The translations under genes were made by a program, and so were the position numbers. Below, piece by piece: positions 19,798 through 29,324 of a stretch of 64,000 nucleotides of DNA (position 1 is its first letter; the number at the start of each line of letters is the position of its first letter). The DNA comes from Corallochytrium limacisporum Hawaii (taxonomy: Eukaryota > Protista > Pluriformea). Where the stretch lies: NCBI GenBank assembly GCA_002811645.1, contig PDIP01000019.1, positions 103,592-167,591 on the forward strand, written 5' to 3'. Under the pieces are notes generated by a model that was not told the DNA's origin, ran no database searches, and worked only from the letters and a program-made list of their open reading frames with translations.

Positions 19798-22700
19798 TAT
19801 GGGCTTGGTCCGCCTTGTGTTGTGTATCCGTGTTTCTCACTATTAATAGATCTGAAAACCTTGAGACGTTCCCAAAAGAATAAGATCTATATTACCCGTA
19901 GACTGAGAATTTCCTTTTCCTTTCAAATAGTCGCGGTGGTCTTGTTCGTCTTTTTGTTCCCACCTTTCTCCGCACGGGATGTATAGAGGCCGAGTTTCTC
20001 TTTATACCACTTAAGTTTTCTCAACAAGAATTCAATTCTGTCTTCCGTAATGCAATTAGCCAAAACCTAAAAAGCCCACTTGCCTTTCACACATTATGCA
20101 CGCTGCGCAAAAAAAGTTTTCTGCTATTGCGCCGCAGCAACTAGTGTACGTCTGTGCGTGCTTAGTCTTCCGAATAGGGCAGCAAGGAGCCGCCGCTCTC
20201 GAACAATGCAGCGGTGGCAGACGAAAGCCGGTTTAAGCTCCCACCCAAACACAGGGGGGGGGGGGGCTGTTGAAGAATGTGAAGAGTGTGAGAGTGTTTT
20301 CCTCGCTGGCTACCGGTACTTGTAAGTACAATAATAATGGGATTGTCCGAAACTTTATGACACCCTCCCCTCGCTCCCCGCAAACCGCCCAACAGTTTTT
20401 TTGTTTCACCCATAGACAGTGTACCGGTGCTTGAGATTGTTCCCAGAGAGCAAAGGACATGGGTGTGGTTTCCCGCTCCTCTGTTCTGTCCTTTGTACTT
20501 CGTCATTCGATCGACCCTTGGCACACACGCACCGGTTTCCTGTATCTGACTGGCTTTCCTAAATATGAACATCAGAAACGTCTGAGAAAGATGAAGCATT
20601 CTCTCCCATTCATTCAATATGAAATTGCGTTCATATCAGAGCACAGCTTGCGTGATTTACAGGCATAAGCCGCTAGGCTTGTCTCCTTTCCCCCCCTTCC
20701 CAGGGGGAGGGGGAGGCACTACCCTTCTCTTTCTTCCCTCCCGCAAGAGGTTCTCCCGATGCCCTTTCCCCCCTCTCTCTTTTTTCCTTCCCTGCCCCCG
20801 GCCCGGTTCTCCCAACCCCACCCCAGCAGTCAAGAAAAAGAGCCAAGAGCAGCGAACCCCTCTCAGTGGACAGGGCAAAGGTAGGCATCGGACAGACGGC
20901 CCCCGGGGAGCAACTCAGAGCTTAAAAAAAATCCTCTTCTTCACGGGCTGCAGGTGACGCGTCAACTGGTGACTTAAGCAACTGCCAGTTCTTATAGAAA
21001 ATGTTCTGTAAGAATAACCCACCCTCTTTAAGACTGACGCCTGCCACAGGATGGCAAGGCAAAATTTGAGCAGCCGAGGGTCCAGGCGGGCATTGGATAG
21101 AAAAAAGCCACCGCAGAGAGAGCCCCTACTGTGCCACGGCGCTGTCCCACTGGGTTCCGATGCCAGATGTTCCCAGCCAATAGAGATCCATATCTTGCAA
21201 CTTTCAGTATATTCAGTATTGAGCTGAACCACCATTGGATTTCCGTTGGCGAAACTTTTTTTTTGCAAGGGTCGGCCAATCATCAGCGCGCGCGGGTGGG
21301 CCTTTTCTCTTATTCTACCGCGCTTGAGGTTGACTCGATCAAAAGGGGTGGGGTATGCCGTCGGTTACGGTCGGACAGACTCGATGTCGGCCTCCGTTTC
21401 TCCAAAACTTTCATGCATTCAGTACCGAAGTTTTGGCAGGTGGCTGTAACTTTGTCCAGTTTTTCACTAGACAAATTATTCCCACCAATACGCACGCTTT
21501 ACTAAGGAAAAAGTCAACAAGATGGGTCAAAAACGCACGCAGCTGTGTGGAAAAAACCTCCGGGGACTCGTTCTGTCGAAACAGGAAAGGGAGCCAAAAA
21601 AAATAATGGGCAGAGAGAGAGTGGAAAAAAAAAGAACCAGTGATTCGGTGTTCACACAGAGGGAGAGATTTGGCTGGAAACCGCGAACGCAAAGATGTAC
21701 ATTGCCAGCAAAGAGCGGTCACACATCTACGCGGAAGGGAACACACACACCCGTTGGGGTCGGGAATTCATGGATTATTTGGGTCAGCTTGAGGGTTTTC
21801 TACACCCAGGCTGCAAGGGAGAGGCTTCGCAAATCCAAAAGAAACAACACTGGGACCAAAAACAGAGATTTCCCCGGAACCGCAAGAAAAAGGACCCGTA
21901 CATTCAGTATTGGTCAGGAAAATTTGATAAGCTTAGAACACTGGCAGCACGTACCGTCTAACTGGCACATGCTCTCGACACATACATATCTCGACAGGGA
22001 GACGGAGTACGAATATTTTGAGCTTACTCAGCATCCAGAAAGGAAATCTTTAGCCCTCGTTTCGTATCCTTTCCTATAATAATATAGGTACATTTAGTAT
22101 GGAAATTGACCCATTGACAGAATCTGTATGCCGTACGTCACTTATTTCTATTTTCCAATATTTTTTATTCTGGAATTTCTCATATAATTTGTATGGATAT
22201 TTTCTTCGTGATTCTTTCCTTTCTGTTTCCTGGGGCGGTGTCTCGGCCGCCCTACTGTCTCAGTCGCAAAAACTTCAACAATATTGAATATACTAAGCTG
22301 TTCACGCTCTGAGGTAAGGAAAGGGTCAGGATCTGAGTCACCCGAAAGATACCGTTGGGCCCGAAAACTATGTGGGCTGCTTTAAATAGTAAAAGTATGG
22401 AGTTTCTCTCATGTGCCCTTGGGTAAGGGACACTGGAACCCGCATGGGGGCACAGAATGGAAGCAAATGAGGACACTCTATGGTGGCATTCTCTTTGTAT
22501 AGAATTTGTATTGAACAGTCCGGCCCATAAAGGACTTGGACAACAACAGAAAGAAGACACCATGTGCCCAGCACAATACATGTTGTCCCATTGCTCAGGA
22601 CTCCGGGGGTCTCTGTCGCTAATTTCTTGAATTTTTATAGTAAATAAATGGAGCGTCTCCTCCCTGCTCTGGTCACGGAGAACTCGGTTTGGCAACTTTG

Positions 22701-22863
22701 TCAATTGTGGCACCTGAAAGGAATGAATTTTTTTTAAGTTATTTTTTCTTCTGACGTGAGTTTGAGGCCAGTTTCTATTGAAAGTTCATTACGCCCCCGA
22801 CCCTTAACAAACCCCCTGAACTTCGAAGCGTCCGGCGAGTCCTCAGCCCCCGCGTATTATCAC

Positions 22864-22926
22864 TTCCTCTCTGTCCCTCTCTCTCTCTCTCTCTCTTCCT
22901 CTCTTCCTCTCTTCCTCTCTCTCCCT
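22864..22926. repeat. (CT)n/(CTCTTC)n polypyrimidine tract
   Basis: About 60 nt of nearly pure C/T sequence. Confidence 0.9.
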
Positions 22927-24797
22927 GTGTCTATCCAATTTATCTGACTCAGAAACAAATAGTGCATGCGGCGCCAAATATAAAAACCTCAGGTATGACT
23001 TTTGACGCTGATTCTCATAGTGACTTCGTCACACCGCCATTTTTTTTTCTTCTGGTCTGAGTCGGAATGAATATATCCCCGGCTGCCGCTGGCGTGGCGT
23101 CGTCTTTGGAGCTTTAGGGGATTACGGTGGGGGTTGATCGCATTGGTGATGGACAAGAAGTACTTGTCCTGCAGTCCTACCGCGAACTGCATGGTGTTGT
23201 GTACACAATACAGTACTAAATATATCTCCTTTTTTTTCCCGTCAGTTCCTTACTATCACGCCAACACCATTTCGTCTGATGGAGGGACTGTCTTTGTTCA
23301 CCAGGGGGCATGATAGGATGACTGACTGCAGCGGGGCTGAGGTAATTTGCCCCATCCGCAATAGCCATGATTGGATAGATCGCTGGCGGTAGAGTCAAAA
23401 AAGGGAAGTTTTTGCTCTCTCTTTGCCTTTTTGCTCCAACGGCGGCGTGTGACTTTTCGGGTATTGGCAACAGGCAAAGGGGGCGTTGAATCGGTGAATG
23501 TTGGATCTGACGTGTGAGTTCTTCAGTGTCCGTTCGTATATTACACGCCTCGTCAAGGTCCCCGTCGATTTCAGTACTGAATGAATGGTAGCTACGACCA
23601 GGAATTGGTACCATTGTTTGTGTGACGCAACACCATCTGTCACAGGGACAGTAGCAGCGCAAAACCGTCTGGACTCCGGGTGGTACAAAAGGAAGGAAAA
23701 TCACACACCGGACCTGCTCTGATCCCAAGGAGAGGGGCGGAAGAGAAAGTTGAGCCTTTGACGAGAGGCCACTCTCCGATGACGCACGACTGTGTGACGC
23801 AGAGCCAGATTTAGTACCAAATAGTAGGTACTGTTGGACCACGCGGTGCGTAAAAAGGGTTTGTGAATTCAGGATGTGTCGTGGCAAAACGTTCAAGGAA
23901 CACCGGAGGCCGAATGACAAACCCGCCACGGAACACGGGAAGGAGAACGGGAGTGACTGATGGAAGGGGAAGGTGAGAAAGAAGGCATGATAAAAGGCCT
24001 GGAAATCAAGAGAAAAATGTCGCGGACCATAAGCAGACCGTACATGAGGCCCTCTGACTGAAGTTTGAAACCCACTTCGGTGACAAGGTGGACGGGCCCA
24101 GAAAAGGTATGATGGAGTGTTTGCAAGTGAAATGCTGTACAATGATGTACACTGACCTTGGTAGTTTTTTTTTTCTGCATTGGATCAGTTTGTAAATATC
24201 TCCGCGCTTTTCATCATCATATACTCACTCTTTGCGAGAAGAAGTTACAACGATCAGTGTATGGAGTGGGTCCAAAGCAAAGGGATGAAGGGATCTGTGT
24301 GGCACAGTCATCATATACCAGTATGAGGATCACGTTCCATGAGAATCAAGACAATGCGCCACATCCCCTGCCCAAGCATTCTTCTCTGCTTCTCACTATC
24401 AGCAGTGGACCTCTTCCTTGTTGACCGCATATAGTCAAATCTCTGTTGTTCTATCCATTCCTGTAATTTCCTTATCCCTTCTCCTCCCAAACCTACCCAC
24501 CCCCGCATCCTCGCTGCCTTCTTCAGCAGGCTACGCATCCCAGTCAAGTACGGCCTATTCTCTTAGAGTGTTACCATCAGAGTGTCGATATGTTCAGACT
24601 TGACGCATTGTCCCAATATAGATGTTCTGTTCATGTGCAACGTCACTGGTCCTCACACTAACCGCCCGAATTCTTCCGTTCCTAACTAGCCACTGCACAA
24701 CAGCAGGTAAAAACCCAAGTGCAGCGGCCTGCTATCCCACCCTACTGCGCCCTTCTTCTGCTCCACCGTGTTCTTTCTCTATTCCTTTATTTTCGGC

Positions 24798-24867
24798 ACT
24801 TTTCGCTTTGGGTGTGTGGCATTATCTGGAATACTTTTCGCTTTGGGTGTGTGGCATTATCTGGAAT
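24798..24867. repeat. Perfect 35-bp tandem duplication
   Basis: ACTTTTCGCTTTGGGTGTGTGGCATTATCTGGAAT at 24798-24832 and again at 24833-24867. Confidence 0.97.
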
Positions 24868-25223
24868 GCTAGGTGGTATTATTGGGCGATGGTGGTTGGT
24901 CCGAGAGTCTTGTCAGTACAGCCTCCCGATGTTCCGATTCTCCCAACACTCCGTCGCCCCCACTCCCCCGATGCCTTGAGAGTTTCCCGGATTTCCCGCA
25001 ATACCGCGATAAAGGTTCTGTTATTGGAGTGTAGGCCAACTTGCTGAAGCCACCTCAGAGCTACTGGCAAATCAACAGAAACAGTTCCATATTTTCACAA
25101 ACATTGCTCACGCACTGACATTCTCAACTCTTCACAAACAAACAATTCTTGTGTCGTCACTCAACCTGCGATTTTGCCCAGCGTGCCCAACGGCAAGGCG
25201 ACCGGTGTATACCCTCTGCAGGC

Positions 25224-25226
<3 letters not shown>

Positions 25227-25275
<49 letters not shown>

Positions 25276-25383
25276 TGCTCNNNNNNNNNNNNNNNNNNNN
25301 NNNNNNNNNNNNNNNNNNNNNNNNNNNNNNNNNNNNNNNNNNNNNNNNNNNNNNNNNNNNNNNNNNNNNNNNNNNNNNNNNNN

Positions 25384-25435
<52 letters not shown>

Positions 25436-25440
25436 TGCTC
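25227..25440. repeat. (AG)n microsatellite flanking a 103-N assembly gap (25281-25383)
   Basis: (AG)~23 followed by AACTGCTC on both sides of the gap. Confidence 0.95.
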
Positions 25441-28400
25441 AGCTTCTCATCCCTTCGGTCATTGACCATGATCAATACCAATAAACACATCACCAATTGA
25501 CGTTGTCGCAACGTCCAAGTAACGACGAAAGGTTGCAGCTTTTTTGTCACCATGTTTGGTTTGAAGGTGGCCGCCTCTACTGTACGCGAAAGCTTTCCAA
25601 GGTGGAATTTTTTCTTCCTATGTTGTCGACGCCGATGATTTCTGTGAGTACGCGTGTGTGGTAATCCCGATGACGACGTTTTGGACGAACACTGGTGCAT
25701 CACCACACCTTGGCAAACGACATGAAGGTGGATGTGCGAACATGTGTCATTGGGCCAGAGACTTGAGCACCAAAATTAAGGTACCAAGCAATTGTGCAGA
25801 ATGTGTGCGGGAAGAGACGAAGGAGCGGTAAAATGGCAGAACTCTTCCTGACTTGGCGGGCGCTGGATCCCCTGCTTTCTGCATTTTGTTACTCGCTCTT
25901 CTTCCTCTGTTGCCTATGTTTGGCATGTCAGAAGCAATTCTTGCCTTTTGCATAAGATTTTCATATTTTATTCATAGGTCCTCTCGGGTGTATATTAAGG
26001 GGAGCGCGGGTTGGGGACGGAGAACCCCCCATACTTACACTTGATATCGGAGCATCGTACGAGGAGCATCCTACATTGAACAAGCATCGCAAAGGGCGAC
26101 AGAGGTAATTTCTTGCTAGTCCTGACCGTTCTGTGCAGGATTTTGTGGAGAGATGTTGTACATGCTGTTCCACGCAGCAGAATACTCTAGAGCTGTGCAG
26201 CGTAAAAAAAATGCAACTGCTTCAGTATGGTGATCGCAAGCCATCGACAGTGGTAGCGCTGGTGGTGGTGGTGGTGCCTGGGAGTTTGTTTTCCTCTACC
26301 AGGGAAACCTAGACAATAGAGAAAGTATGGAGCACAAGATCGCAAATCAGAAAACAACAATGAAAAATTTTCTCTTTCGCTGGGTCCGCTCGGAACATCG
26401 ATCGCTGCCACCGCGACAGCGGGCAGTAGCGGCAACGGACGCAGGACACAGTTTTCATGGTTTTACAATAAGACCCATGGCACTTCTCACTGGCTATCGT
26501 GGCCTGATGTCTGTCTCCATCACTGTGGCTCTGTAGTATCGGGGGCAACCCCTCCCTGGTCCCTGCGCATTTTTGAAGTTTGGTCTTCCAGCCGGGAGCT
26601 GGGGTTCCCTGGGGGTCAGGGTGTGGCCTGCTGTCTTGTCTTCCCTATCCGCTATCCTGCTCTTGTGGCGCTTTGTCTTCGTGGTCTAGGAGCGATATCT
26701 GCGTCCTAACGTTTCTTTTTTTTTGCCACTTACGCAATAGTCGTTGAGCCTGTCTGATACGTCGTTGGGATGTGTACCGATCTCTTAGCATTTGTGTAAA
26801 TGAGCTGAAATCGGAGGAACTTGTCCCTGTAGGATAACGATGATGATGATGAAGCTGATGGCGATGTTCGATAGGGCTGTGTTCTTGGAATCCCCGCTGC
26901 CATGGACCATGCATGAGCATGGGCCCTCGGCGACACTCTCTGTTCCTCTCGTACCTCACACTACGGTGATTAACAACGCAGTGACGTTGATAAGAGTGCA
27001 CGAAAAGGTGGTGAGAATGGTGTTGGTGGTGCTGTGAAATGTTTGAGTGGTGGAGTAATCTGTTCCCTGTCTGCGCATGTAAACATTTGGTGTACAGTCT
27101 GTGGCTGGTATGGCTGTCGAGTCAGTTTCCACCCGAGGCGTCCCGCATTCATCACACCGGCAAATCCTTTGCCCAGCCTACGGCTACCAATTCACTGTCT
27201 GAGGTGCCGTGGAAGCGGAGGCCTCTGTTTGAGACTGAGACAGTTCAGATGCGTTGGAATGACAAGAACTAAACTGCACACCTGCCTCCTAAGGAAGTTT
27301 TTGCGGTTCACATCTAGAAACGGAAACCCCCGGCCGCCCGCCCATCCGCAGCTGGAGCGACCGGCGGTCCCGCCCCCCCTCCCTCCCTCCTGCTGGTGCT
27401 AGCCTGTGGACAGCCTTAGCTCTGCACATTCCTTGGGTGGAGGCGCGGTACACACATACGCGTCTCATCAGCATCATAGAGTCGGCTAGGGATGACAGTG
27501 TGCTAATCTGCTACTCGTACGATGGTGGGTTTGGCTGCTGTTCGGGAGTCATCAAGTGAGCACCGCACAAGATACCTTCCTCCTCTCAACAGCTAACAAC
27601 AGCTCGCTGTGCTCAAGTTGTCCAACATCCGCACATACACAGGGTACCACATGAGTAGAACTGTGGGAGGTGATGCTGTGCATGGCGGGGCCTGTCATGT
27701 TGTGTAGGGAGATTGCATGACTTGATATTCTGAGGACTAAGCCGTTGCATCTGTAGTGATGCTTGATGGTCTGCGGTCGTACGTGAGTACGATATCAGAG
27801 CACCATTTAACTCTTCACGGAAGGACAAATAGCATATCTGTGGAATCCTCGCCCCACATCTTTCTCGGGTAAGCACTGAGTAAACTCTGGTATAGGAGCT
27901 CCTCATGAGCCCCAACGTCTGTGTGCAACTTCATGATTGCAATGCTATTTCTCGTCCACCCACCCACATTGCAGCCACAGGGTCACCTGGCCCCGACGAG
28001 CCCCTTTAGCCGCTCGCCGGAGTAAAACAGACTCCCCTTATTCGGGGATCCAAGCTGAAAATAAACTGATACCCTAAAATATCATTATTTCATTTCCCGG
28101 GAGCCGAACGAAAGGGGGGCCGGCACAGTTCCGTAAGACTGGGAGGGGTATTATCTCCAGCAGGGCAACCGGTACTGTAAAGTGGTGGGAAACCTGGAAA
28201 CTACCGGAAAACTGTTGCAGTGAAATTTACTCCGTACATTCTCCATAATACCCTGCCCTTCAAACAAAAAAAAAAAGGGATTAAAAAAAAAAAGGAACCA
28301 GCTGGAAATCGCGCGGCCTCCCCTCAAACCCCCCCCCCCCCCTTCCCTCTACATCTCAGGCGAAGAAGATAAATAGAACGCCTCTCCGGTGGAGAGAGAG

Positions 28401-29324
28401 AATGGAAGGGATCCCCCAATCTCGTCCGTCAGGCCAGCCGGCCGGGACTGTTTCAGTGTACAATGTACAGCGATTATCCTCCGGGTCCGTAAACAAATAT
28501 AGATGAGCAAAATAGGGGCGCATCGAAAAAAGGCAAACGGGAGAATGTAGGTCGGGTGGGACGGAGACCTGTTAAAGTCACCAGCGGAAGCGAATTTAAC
28601 CGGACCGACGGAGAGACCCACCGGGGTGCGCGCGGATGGGAAAGCAGAAAGGGGGCCGGGAGCGAGCTCCCGCCTGAGTAGAGTATTTCTTTTGCTTCTT
28701 GCACCGCTCTCGGCTCCCCGGTCCCCCCCCCCCCTTCGCCCCGGTTTCTTGCGCTCTCTGCCGTGGCTCCCGGGTGGTCCGGTGCTGCTGGAGGGGGGGG
28801 GGGCTGGCTGGCTGGACCGCGCGAGGGGTGTCTCATGTGCCCACTCAGGCACAATAGACTCCGGGGAAAGATTTGGCACCGACGACTCGACGGAGCAAAA
28901 GCGAAATGGTACAGACGTTTCGATGATTGACGCGGATCGTTGCTACTTTGGCAGCTGACGGCCGTTCGATCTGGGTATCATAAACGTGGGTCTGCGTGGC
29001 CTCCATGTGGGATGTATATGTGCGTGTTTGTGTGTGTCCGGCCGGTGATGCATACAGTCGGTGCTGTAGCAATCGGGATCACCACGAGGCTATTTGGTAG
29101 GGACGGTGGAGATAAGGTAAGTGATCATTTGATTGATAATGCAAGGTCAACGTAGCATTGTTGAATTGTTCGTAGGTAACATCAGTGAACGCCTGCAATG
29201 GAACTTTGAACAGGCAACGCATACACAATGTGTTTTAAGTGAAATTTCTACTGCAGGAGGTGTAAACAAGGACATTGCTGAATCCTTGGGTTTGTTAGCA
29301 TCCTAAACAGACACAGTCGGCAAG

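Larger units (their letters stand above)
24250..26180 (-). mobile_element. Possible highly decayed non-LTR (LINE-like) reverse transcriptase relic
   Basis: Minus-strand fragments in different frames loosely echo RT subdomains in the expected order (see findings). There is no intact YADD motif and the spacing is stretched. Confidence 0.25.

Noticed and set aside
23216-24142. 308-aa minus-strand ORF
   Set aside because: The S/F/L/P-rich composition mirrors a purine-rich opposite strand and it has no recognisable motif
25227-25440. Apparent direct repeat (AG)n-AACTGCTC on both sides of the gap, like a target-site duplication
   Set aside because: Most simply an unmerged contig overlap at one microsatellite, i.e. 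an assembly artefact
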